From Candidatus Nomurabacteria bacterium RIFCSPHIGHO2_02_40_30 (GTDB lineage: Bacteria; Patescibacteriota; Minisyncoccia; Phycocordibacterales; UBA9973): DNA of 64,000 nt. The DNA lies in contig MFTV01000016.1 of assembly GCA_001785445.1 (NCBI GenBank), positions 95,653 to 159,652 on the forward strand, in the 5' to 3' direction. How positions within the stretch are numbered: position 1 is the stretch's first letter; every line of letters begins with the position of its first letter. The translations under genes and the position numbers were made by a program. Below are positions 56,568 to 64,000 of the stretch, piece by piece. Below the pieces are notes generated by a model that worked only from the letters and a program-made list of their open reading frames with translations, made no database searches and was not told where the DNA came from.

Positions 56568-57473
56568 ATGGCATCGCTGAAACAGCTAAAAAATCAATTT
56601 CTAGAATATATAGAGATAGAAAAGGGGCGGTCGCTAAAGACTGTGGAGAATTACGACCACTACCTGACTCGTTTTTTAAGTTTTTCAAAAAATGACAATC
56701 CGGCAAATATTACCGACACATCCGTTCGTGAATTTCGCCTTTGGCTCAACAGGCAGTCAACAGGTAACAATAAGGCTAATGGTGAAACTTTGTCTAAGAA
56801 AACCCAAAATTATTATCTGATAGCCTTGCGCGCGTTTTTGAAATATCTAGCTAGACAAGAAGTGAAGTCTCTGCCGGCTGAACGCATAGAACTGGCTAAA
56901 GTTTCTGAACGAACACTTGACCTTATTACAAATGAAGAATTAAATAGACTACTAAATTCTCCCAACGGCAAGGAACTAAAAGACTTGCGAGATAAGGCCA
57001 TACTAGAGCTTTTGTTTTCTACCGGACTGCGTGTCTCCGAACTTTGCTCTCTAACTTCCGATATTGACTTGCGTTCAGATGAGCTTTCAATCCGTGGGAA
57101 AGGCGGAAAAGTCCGAGTGGTATTTCTTTCAGAAGATTCAAAAAAATATTTACGTGTATATCTTTCTGCCCGCAAAGACATGAGTGATGCACTCTTTGTG
57201 CAATTGGAAAAAAATAAAAATAATGGAGCGCTGACTAGGAGGTCTGTAGAAAGAATTGTGAAACAACATGCCATCAAGGCGGGAATTTCAAAAAAAGTCA
57301 CTCCGCACGTGATGCGCCACATGTTCGCCACTGATCTTTTGGGTAACGGCGCCGATCTGCGCTCGGTGCAGGCCCTCCTCGGGCATTCCAGTATTGTTAC
57401 CACTCAAATATACACTCATGTCACCGACAAACACTTGCGCGACATACATAAGAAATATCATAATAAGGGCTAG
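56568..57473 (+). CDS. xerC: tyrosine recombinase XerC/XerD
   Basis: 'HVMRHMFATDLL...ALLGHSSIVTTQIYTHV'. N-terminal SAM-like core-binding domain. Confidence 0.9.
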   Translation: MASLKQLKNQFLEYIEIEKGRSLKTVENYDHYLTRFLSFSKNDNPANITDTSVREFRLWLNRQSTGNNKANGETLSKKTQNYYLIALRAFLKYLARQEVKSLPAERIELAKVSERTLDLITNEELNRLLNSPNGKELKDLRDKAILELLFSTGLRVSELCSLTSDIDLRSDELSIRGKGGKVRVVFLSEDSKKYLRVYLSARKDMSDALFVQLEKNKNNGALTRRSVERIVKQHAIKAGISKKVTPHVMRHMFATDLLGNGADLRSVQALLGHSSIVTTQIYTHVTDKHLRDIHKKYHNKG

Positions 57474-57475
57474 TA

Positions 57476-58243
57476 ATGAAAATAATTTCTTGGAATACAA
57501 ATGGTTTACGGGCTACAGCGAAACAAGGACACTTCACTCCCCTATTTAAACAAGAGAGGCCGGATATTCTATGTTTACAAGAAACCAAAGTTGAGCCAGA
57601 CCAATTACCGGATGATGTGCGCAATGTTTCCGGATACTTTTCTTACTTTTCACATCCGAAATTAAAAAAAGGCTATAGTGGCGTAGCAATTTATTCTAAA
57701 GAAAAACCACGAGAAGTTTTTTACGGTATGGGAGTGAAAAAATTGGATGATGAAGGTAGGTTAATTGGCGCAAAGTTTAAAAACTTCACAATTATAAATG
57801 TTTATTTCCCAAATGGCGGGCAAGGTCCACACAGACTGAAATACAAATTGGAATTCTATGATGCATTTTTAAAATTTATCAACAAGCTCCGAAAAAACGG
57901 CGAAAATGTAATTTTTTGCGGAGATGTGAATACGGCACATGAAGCTATCGACCTTGCTCGGCCGAAAGAAAACGAAGAAAATACGGGTTTTCTGCCTATA
58001 GAGCGAGCTTGGATAACTAAAGTGATAAAAAATAATTTTTTAGATGTATGGAGAGTTTTGAATCCAAACAAAAAAGATGTTTATACTTATTGGGATATAA
58101 AAACGAGAGCTAGAGACAGAAATGTCGGCTGGAGAATCGACTATTTTTTTGCCGATGCCAAGATTTTAGGAAAAATCAAAAATGCCGGCATGATGGCGGA
58201 CTACATGGGCTCAGACCACTGCCCTATTTTTATTGAAATTTAA
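57476..58243 (+). CDS. xth: exodeoxyribonuclease III
   Basis: 'ISWNTNGLRA', 'LCLQETK', 'SDHCPI'. EEP fold. Confidence 0.95.
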   Translation: MKIISWNTNGLRATAKQGHFTPLFKQERPDILCLQETKVEPDQLPDDVRNVSGYFSYFSHPKLKKGYSGVAIYSKEKPREVFYGMGVKKLDDEGRLIGAKFKNFTIINVYFPNGGQGPHRLKYKLEFYDAFLKFINKLRKNGENVIFCGDVNTAHEAIDLARPKENEENTGFLPIERAWITKVIKNNFLDVWRVLNPNKKDVYTYWDIKTRARDRNVGWRIDYFFADAKILGKIKNAGMMADYMGSDHCPIFIEI

Positions 58244-58261
58244 ATATGTTATATTTGTGGG

Positions 58262-58894
58262 ATGAGCCACGCACGACTAGACCAGCTTTCAGACGGAATT
58301 TTCGCCATTGTCATGACGATTCTTGTTTTCGAAATAAAGGTGCCAACTATCTGGGGGCCGATAGACAATACGGGGTTGTGGCTTGAAATAAAAATGCTTC
58401 TGCCTCTATTTTTGAGCTATATTTTGAGTTTTGCCTTGCTCTTTACTTACTGGCGAGCGCACCACTTTTTTATTTCAGTCTATGCTAAAAATATTGATTC
58501 CAAACTTACAAATATAAATGCTTTCTTTTTTATGCTTGTAAGCCTCATTCCTTTTTCAGCAAGTATTTTGGGTCAGTTCAGTAGAAACGAACTGTCGGTT
58601 ATCATATTTGGCATACACATTATTTTAATCGGCTTAACTCTCTACTGGATGCGAAGCTATGTCTTGTATTCTCCTCATATTCAAAATCCAGAAATAACTA
58701 AAAGAGAAATTCATGGCAGCACTGTCCGCACTTTGGTGCCTGTTGTCTTCGCGTTGATCGCCATCCCTCTGTGTTTTTATAGCATTGAGCTTTCTCTATT
58801 TTTATTTACTATGGCTGTAATTTTCAACCTCTCTTCATACAGCACTCACCTGTTTGAAGGCACCTTCAAGATGCTGTACCCAAAAGAGAGCTAG
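58262..58894 (+). CDS. DUF1211/TMEM175-like membrane protein (putative K+ channel family)
   Basis: N-terminal signature 'RLDQLSDGIFAIVMTILVFEI' and multiple TM helices. Confidence 0.7.
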   Translation: MSHARLDQLSDGIFAIVMTILVFEIKVPTIWGPIDNTGLWLEIKMLLPLFLSYILSFALLFTYWRAHHFFISVYAKNIDSKLTNINAFFFMLVSLIPFSASILGQFSRNELSVIIFGIHIILIGLTLYWMRSYVLYSPHIQNPEITKREIHGSTVRTLVPVVFALIAIPLCFYSIELSLFLFTMAVIFNLSSYSTHLFEGTFKMLYPKES

Positions 58895-58900
58895 ACTTTT

Positions 58901-60589
58901 TTGAGTTCTATGCAAAAGACTTGCCAAACATGCAAAAAAGATTTTGAGATAAGAAAAGAAGACCTTATTTTTTATGAGCAGGTAAAAACAGTGCCACCAC
59001 TTGATTGTCCGGATTGTCGTGTCATGAAGCGCCTCGCCTTCAGAAACGAAAGAACATTTTACAAAAGATCTTGCGACCCATGTAAGAAAGATATTATTTC
59101 TTTATATCCGAAAAGTAGCCCATACCCTATCTACTGTAATACATGCTGGTGGAGTGATAAATGGGATCCAAAAAGTTTTGCTCAAGATTACGACTTCAAG
59201 AAAACTTTTTTTGAACAATACAGAGAGCTACAAATAAAAGTGCCTCGTTTGGCATTGATGATGCTTAATTCCGTGCGAAGTGAATATACAAATGGCGCAT
59301 CAGACAACAAGGATTGTTATTTGATTTTCGCCGCCGAATACAACGAAGACTGCATGTATAGTAGGCTCATTCAAAAATGCAAAGGATGCATTGATTGTGC
59401 CTTTATTCACCAATCTGAGCTTTGCTATGAGTGTATAGATGTTCGTGAGTGTTTCAAATGCATGTTCTGCCAAGAATGCCAGTCATCGACTGACTTAATC
59501 TTCTGTTACAATATGCGTAATTCAAACAATTGTATTTTTTGCACAAATGGCAGAAATCTTTCCAACGCAATTTTCAATGTAAAATACTCAAAAGAAGAGT
59601 ATGAGAAAAAGAAAAATGAAATTTTCTCAAGTTATGAAAATCTTGAAAAGGCAAAAAAAGAATTTAAAGATTTAAAGAGTAAGACAATAGTAAAATATGC
59701 TTCTGCCACAAAATGCAATAATGTGACCGGCAATTATCTGCACAATTGTTATGATGGCGTAAGGGTTTTCGATACCACAGGTACAAAAAATTGTTCCTAC
59801 ATGGCTGACACCGAAGAATCCATAGATAGCATGGATTGTAATAATTTTTATTACAAAAATGAACTCTGCTACAACATGATGGGAGTGCTCCAGAGTAGTA
59901 AATCCAAAAATTGCGCATACGTGTTTTATTGCAACGAAGTTGAATACTCAGAAAATTGTCACAACCTCGCAAGTGGGATAGGATGCAATGCAATACGCAA
60001 AGGGCAATACATGATTCTCAATAAAGAATATTCCAAAGAAGATTTTTACAAAATCAAGGAACAGATTGATGAACAAATGAAAAAGGATACAACATATGGG
60101 AAATTTTTCCCGCCCGAACTAGCACCTTTTGGTTTTAATGAAACTCTCGGGTACGAATACTTCCCCATAAATGAAAAAGAAGCAAAAGAAAAAGGTTTTA
60201 ACTGGCAAGAACAAGTGACTGGCACCTATGGCAAAGAAACAATAAAAGAGCCGGAGATGCCAGCGACTATTGGTGAAGTTACAGAAGATATTTTGAATCA
60301 GGTTTTAGTTTGCAAAGATTGTAAAAAGAATTTTCGCATTACAAAGGGAGAATTTGATTTTTATAAAAGGATGAATCTGCCTCTTCCCCACAAAGACTTC
60401 GAGTGCAGGCATCAAGATCGCATGAAGAAAAGAAATCCGCGCAAGCTTTGGCACCGAAATTGTATGTGTGAACTCAAAACTCACCAACATGGCGCCCAAA
60501 AATGCGCTAACGAATTCGAAACCTCCTACTCCCCCGATAGAAAAGAAATAGTCTACTGTGAGACCTGCTATCAGCAAGAAGTTTCCTAA
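58901..60589 (+). CDS. cysteine-rich protein with duplicated N- and C-terminal zinc-ribbon modules and central Cys-periodic repeats
   Basis: N-terminus 'CQTCKKDFEI..FYEQV...CPDC...CDPC...YCNTC' parallels C-terminus 'CKDCKKNFRI..FYKRM...C...NCMC...YCETC'. The middle region has ~9 aa CxxC repeats and ~13 aa 'NC' repeats. Confidence 0.6.
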   Translation: MSSMQKTCQTCKKDFEIRKEDLIFYEQVKTVPPLDCPDCRVMKRLAFRNERTFYKRSCDPCKKDIISLYPKSSPYPIYCNTCWWSDKWDPKSFAQDYDFKKTFFEQYRELQIKVPRLALMMLNSVRSEYTNGASDNKDCYLIFAAEYNEDCMYSRLIQKCKGCIDCAFIHQSELCYECIDVRECFKCMFCQECQSSTDLIFCYNMRNSNNCIFCTNGRNLSNAIFNVKYSKEEYEKKKNEIFSSYENLEKAKKEFKDLKSKTIVKYASATKCNNVTGNYLHNCYDGVRVFDTTGTKNCSYMADTEESIDSMDCNNFYYKNELCYNMMGVLQSSKSKNCAYVFYCNEVEYSENCHNLASGIGCNAIRKGQYMILNKEYSKEDFYKIKEQIDEQMKKDTTYGKFFPPELAPFGFNETLGYEYFPINEKEAKEKGFNWQEQVTGTYGKETIKEPEMPATIGEVTEDILNQVLVCKDCKKNFRITKGEFDFYKRMNLPLPHKDFECRHQDRMKKRNPRKLWHRNCMCELKTHQHGAQKCANEFETSYSPDRKEIVYCETCYQQEVS

Positions 60590-60597
60590 TAATTTCA

Positions 60598-60700
60598 AAA
60601 ATACAAACTTTTTTCGGTACGGATTTTTCGAAGCTTGAAAAATCCTGAAGTTCTCGGCTCGTCAGCCTCGAAACCCCTTCAAAAGCTTTATTTTTGAAAT
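60598..60700. repeat. ~100 nt intergenic repeat, copy B (see 25518..25620)
   Basis: aaatacaaacttttttcggtacggatttttcgaagcttgaaaaatcctgaagttctcg... begins 9 nt after the stop of the Cys-rich gene, between convergent genes. Confidence 0.6.
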
Positions 60701-60703
60701 TAA

Positions 60704-62266
60704 CTACTTCCTCACTCCATGTTTTTTATGCAGTTTTGTGACTTCTTCTTCTTCGAGTTCATCTTTTTTTTCTCTACCACGCTCGCCGAGAGCTTTTAAT
60801 TCTTGGTCGTCAAGCATGTTCAGAGACTTTACCAGTTCAGATAAATGTTCCACTGTATTTTTTTCCGGAGCATCGAGTACTTCTTCAAGTAATGCATGGA
60901 GCATCCACCCCATTCTTGGTCCCGCTTTAATGTCTAGCTCTTTAATCATGTATTCTCCATTAATTTTTAGCTGTCCTACGGATATAGGGTCGCGGAGGGC
61001 CTCCTCTATCATGGCATGATACTTACGCAAACGATACGAAGTCTCTTTTTTATTTGTGCCGACTCTGTCGCACTCACGCAAATTCATAAGTGACCAAATG
61101 TTTTCTTCCCCAATTTTTGTAATAATTCTACGAACAGCGGAAAGTGTAATTAATTCCGTGTCAGAGAAAAACATGTGGTAACGAACTAATTTTTCCACCA
61201 GTATAATTTCTTTATTAGAAAATTTTAGTCGCTCCATTATTTTTTTAGTCATGCGGGCGCCCACAACTTCGTGGCCGTAGAATGTGTATTGTTTTTTAGC
61301 CAAATCTTTTGCTGACTTCACCTCTCTCTGCCTTTTAGTTTTTGGTTTTCCCACATCGTGAAAAAGAGCCGCAAGTCTTATAGATAATGGCCAGTTTTTA
61401 TCTGCTGCGTGTTGCAAAGAATATAGCGCATGATTCCACACATCGTAAGCATGCTCCCCAGACTGGTCGCAACCTATTCCCTCCTCGAGTTCCGGTATTA
61501 TATTTTTTAGTAAATTCAATTTTTGAAGCATAACAATTCCAGTAGCAGGGTTTGCAGACATTACTATTTTTACCAATTCCTCACGAATTCTTTCTCCGGA
61601 AATTTCTTTTATTAAATCTGAATTTTTTACAATACTTTCAGTTGTTTCCTGTGAAATAGAGAAGTCAAGTTGGACGGAAAAACGCACTGCTCGAAGCATC
61701 CGGAGAGCATCTTCCTTGAAACGTGCATCAGGGTCTCCTACTGCTCGCAGCACTTTGTCCTTAATGTCCTTTATACCATCATATATGTCCATTACAGAGC
61801 TTTTTCTATAAGCTATGGCGTTTACTGTGAAATCACGCCTCTTTAGGTCATCTTCAAGTTTATCACTAAATTTAACCTCGTCAGGGTGTCTAAAGTCAGT
61901 ATATTCTGCTTCAATTCTATATGGAGTAACTTCTACAATCACATATTCTAGTGTTTCATGAATAACATTACTATTAGATGTTTCACGCGAAACGTTTTCA
62001 GTAAGTGTTTCACGATTAACATCTCTAGGGATACAAACACCTACCGTGCCGAAAGTATTCTCGTATACAGTCTTCTCAAAAAGGCCAATAATTTGTTCGG
62101 GCTTAGCATTTGTAGTTACATCCCAGTCTTTGGGCTCCCTGTCCATAAGCATATCCCTTACACAGCCACCGACTAGGTAGGCATCAAAACCAGCTTTTTC
62201 TAATATATCTGTTACATGTGAAACTTCTGGGGGTATTTTATACGATAGGTCTTTTTTTATCTCCAT
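60704..62266 (-). CDS. cca: CCA-adding tRNA nucleotidyltransferase with HD domain
   Basis: 'YLVGGCVRD', 'RRDFTVNAIAY' and HD 'LAALFHDVGKP'. The start is taken at MEIKK (62266), because the longer ORF would run through the tRNA-Arg gene. Confidence 0.9.
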   Translation of the reverse strand: MEIKKDLSYKIPPEVSHVTDILEKAGFDAYLVGGCVRDMLMDREPKDWDVTTNAKPEQIIGLFEKTVYENTFGTVGVCIPRDVNRETLTENVSRETSNSNVIHETLEYVIVEVTPYRIEAEYTDFRHPDEVKFSDKLEDDLKRRDFTVNAIAYRKSSVMDIYDGIKDIKDKVLRAVGDPDARFKEDALRMLRAVRFSVQLDFSISQETTESIVKNSDLIKEISGERIREELVKIVMSANPATGIVMLQKLNLLKNIIPELEEGIGCDQSGEHAYDVWNHALYSLQHAADKNWPLSIRLAALFHDVGKPKTKRQREVKSAKDLAKKQYTFYGHEVVGARMTKKIMERLKFSNKEIILVEKLVRYHMFFSDTELITLSAVRRIITKIGEENIWSLMNLRECDRVGTNKKETSYRLRKYHAMIEEALRDPISVGQLKINGEYMIKELDIKAGPRMGWMLHALLEEVLDAPEKNTVEHLSELVKSLNMLDDQELKALGERGREKKDELEEEEVTKLHKKHGVRK

Positions 62267-62277
62267 TGACTTTTCCG

Positions 62278-62352
62278 TGGTGCACCCGGCAAGACTCGAA
62301 CTTGCAATGACAGTTCCGAAGACTGTTGTGATATCCATTTCACTACGGGTGC
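62278..62352 (-). tRNA. tRNA-Arg(TCG), CCA encoded
   Basis: GCACCCGTAGTGAAATGGATATCACAACAGTCTTCGGAACTGTCATTGCAAGTTCGAGTCTTGCCGGGTGCACCA. All four stems pair. Anticodon loop CTTCGGA. Confidence 0.85.
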
Positions 62353-62481
62353 AGAATTAATTAATAATCTATGTATTTTACACTATTTTTAAAATGTTGG
62401 CAAATAATGCTTATTTTACAAGCTATTTTTGCAATTGCATTAGTTTATAAAAAATAATATAATAAAAAAGTATTTTTCTTT

Positions 62482-62552
62482 GCGGCCATGGTTTAATGGT
62501 AGAACGAGTGGTTGCCAATCATTCGGTGGGAGTTCGATTCTCCCTGGCCGCA
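62482..62552 (+). tRNA. tRNA-Gly(GCC)
   Basis: GCGGCCATGGTTTAATGGTAGAACGAGTGGTTGCCAATCATTCGGTGGGAGTTCGATTCTCCCTGGCCGCA. Anticodon loop TTGCCAA, T-arm GGGAG/CTCCC. Confidence 0.85.
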
Positions 62553-62852
62553 CAAATATGATGTCCCTTAGTTGTACCCTTGCTTTTAAAGGTTTTATTG
62601 AAATCTGTGGATAACCATGTTGGTAATGTTTATAAAGGACATCATGAAAAGTTGTCTTTTAGGACAAAAATAGCTAAAATATGTTGCTAAATAAGAATTA
62701 TTTTGTAAAAGACATAAAGTTGCTTATAATTGTTTCATGTGAAACAATTATAAGCATGTTATTCGTGAAACATTGATATACTTGTCCCGTACTAAATTTT
62801 TGATTAAAATAAATAACCACTATGATTAAAAGTTTAAAATTTTAGTACTGGG

Positions 62853-63260
62853 ATGCCTAAAGTATTTACTTCGGAGACACAAAAGACAGGAGAAATTGGA
62901 GAAAACATAGCTGTTAAGTTTCTCGTGAAACAGAGTTTCTCAATACTAGAGCGAAACTACACTAAAAAATGGGGTGAGATAGATATAATAGCTAAAAAGG
63001 ACAAAAAACTCTATTTTGTAGAGGTCAAAAGTGTTTCTCGACCTGACCTCGAGAATGTTACTCGTGAAACATTAGATCAATATCACCCAGAGGACAACAT
63101 GCACCCGTGGAAGTTAAAAAGACTCTCAAGGACAATTCAGACTTATCTTTTGTCTAAAAATCTGGATGATATAGAGTGGCAGGTAGATTTGCTGGTTGTT
63201 TTTTTGGACTTAAAGGGGAAGAAAGCCAGGATAAAAGTAGTAAGTGATATTATTCTGTGA
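62853..63260 (+). CDS. yraN: YraN/UPF0102 family endonuclease
   Basis: 'GEIGENIAVKFL...ILERNYTKKWGEIDIIAKK...LYFVEVKS' (PD-(D/E)xK core of YraN). Confidence 0.8.
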   Translation: MPKVFTSETQKTGEIGENIAVKFLVKQSFSILERNYTKKWGEIDIIAKKDKKLYFVEVKSVSRPDLENVTRETLDQYHPEDNMHPWKLKRLSRTIQTYLLSKNLDDIEWQVDLLVVFLDLKGKKARIKVVSDIIL

Positions 63261-63280
63261 TATATTAGAGCGTGCGAACA

Positions 63281-63351
63281 CGGGCTGTCGTATACCGGTA
63301 GTACGTCTGTTTTGGGAACAGATAGACTGGGTTCGATTCCCAGCAGCCCGA
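63281..63351 (+). tRNA. tRNA-Pro(TGG)
   Basis: CGGGCTGTCGTATACCGGTAGTACGTCTGTTTTGGGAACAGATAGACTGGGTTCGATTCCCAGCAGCCCGA. Anticodon loop TTTGGGA. Confidence 0.85.
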
Positions 63352-63366
63352 CAGTTTTTTGATTTT

Positions 63367-63437
63367 GCGGGATTAGTTTAGTGGTAGAATAAGAGTTTTC
63401 CAAACTCTGGGCAGGCGTTCGATTCGCCTATCCCGCA
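63367..63437 (+). tRNA. tRNA-Gly(TCC)
   Basis: GCGGGATTAGTTTAGTGGTAGAATAAGAGTTTTCCAAACTCTGGGCAGGCGTTCGATTCGCCTATCCCGCA. Anticodon loop TTTCCAA. Confidence 0.85.
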
Positions 63438-63478
63438 CAGAATCTTTTATTTATTAAACAATAAACAAATACAAAATT

Positions 63479-64000
63479 ATGACCACAACTTATATTTATG
63501 CCTTTGCTAGTGTTGCAGTAGTGAGCCTAGTTTCTTTAATTGGGGTTTTTGCTCTTTCCCTGAAAGAAGAGTTGATGCGAAAATATGTTTTTACTTTTAT
63601 TAGCCTCGCCATAGGGGCGCTTTTAGGGGATGCTTTTATACACCTTATACCGGAAGCATTGGAAAAATCAACAAATCCAACTCTGACTAGCACCTTGGTT
63701 ATTGCGGGGATTCTTTTATTTTTTATTTTAGAAAAGTTTTTGCACTGGCACCACCACGGTGAAGATCAAGAAGAAACACAAATTCACCCAGTAGGGAAGT
63801 TAGTACTAGTGTCGGACGGAGTGCATAATTTTATAGACGGAGTAATTATCGGCGCTAGTTTCTTGATTAGTTTGCCTGTCGGCATTGCTACCACCTTGGC
63901 AGTAATTTTACATGAAATTCCTCAAGAAGTAGGCGACTTTGCGGTGTTGTTGCATTCCGGCTATTCTAAAACTCGCGCTCTGTGGCTCAATTTTCTTTCG
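63479..64000 (+). CDS. zupT: ZIP-family zinc transporter (ZupT-like), 3' truncated by window end
   Basis: Own translation: MTTTYIYAFASVAVVSL...HWHHHGEDQ...HNFIDGVIIG...ILHEIPQEVGDFAVLL (ZIP signature). The ORF runs off the window end. Confidence 0.7.
   Translation, partial: MTTTYIYAFASVAVVSLVSLIGVFALSLKEELMRKYVFTFISLAIGALLGDAFIHLIPEALEKSTNPTLTSTLVIAGILLFFILEKFLHWHHHGEDQEETQIHPVGKLVLVSDGVHNFIDGVIIGASFLISLPVGIATTLAVILHEIPQEVGDFAVLLHSGYSKTRALWLNFLS

Noticed and set aside
1436-57403. Numerous ORFs from the six-frame track embedded antisense or out of frame within well-supported genes (e.g. 1436..1693, 2152..2346, 11901..12296, 13969..14202, 14418..14651, 16143..16433, 17551..17925, 19472..19798, 24770..25168, 26201..26584, 27268..27501, 28085..28405, 53430..53951, 54567..55034, 55713..56036, 56813..57403)
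   Set aside because: These are shadow ORFs with no motifs. They overlap genes whose products are identified by strong conserved motifs.
62267-62338. ORF-track N-terminal extension of the CCA-adding enzyme (MDITTVFGTVIASSSLAGCTTEKS...)
   Set aside because: It runs straight through the tRNA-Arg(TCG) gene on the same strand. The enzyme start was therefore moved to MEIKK at 62266.
1-64000. CRISPR arrays
   Set aside because: No regularly spaced direct repeats were found. The only repeats are the two-copy 100 nt element and the terminator hairpins.

Overview
This 64 kb window looks like a stretch from an AT-rich, small-genome bacterium, probably Patescibacteria/CPR-like; that taxonomic guess is my inference from gene content and style. 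It spans the replication-origin neighbourhood: dnaA-dnaN, RNase Y, HU, polA, ruvBC, tyrS, PBP1A, pilB, a liv-type ABC transporter, lexA, pnp-rpsO, xerC/D, xth, a CCA-adding enzyme and five tRNAs. Two accessory regions interrupt this backbone.

(1) Integrase-encoding island 3' of tRNA-Lys(TTT). Next to the tRNA sits a tyrosine integrase, followed by a tightly coupled AAA+ ATPase and S8 subtilisin-like peptidase. The pair is reminiscent of the ietAS defence architecture. The same region carries hypothetical proteins and a secreted protein with an unusual post-signal 'SWWNPFSWF' motif.

(2) A ~15.2 kb integrative element inserted into comM/yifB. The gene is split exactly after the Walker-B 'GVLFL' motif. 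The N-terminal half lies at 51075..52103 and the C-terminal half at 35302..35919. The element encodes:
- a large serine recombinase;
- a primase-polymerase/helicase replication protein;
- a complete type III R-M operon (mod-res) plus a third co-transcribed gene;
- a minimal CBASS-like pair (CD-NTase/SMODS-like nucleotidyltransferase + 2TM effector);
- a HEXXH metallopeptidase + CPBP membrane protein pair;
- a second secreted 'SWWNPFSWF' protein.

Other notable items:
- a type II R-M pair beside lexA;
- a Cheo-type LexA box upstream of the lexA operon;
- a GC-richer 0.8 kb segment with two small independently promoted genes;
- a ~100 nt intergenic repeat present twice;
- a shared bidirectional terminator hairpin;
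- a cysteine-rich 562 aa protein with duplicated zinc-ribbon termini.

No CRISPR array was seen.
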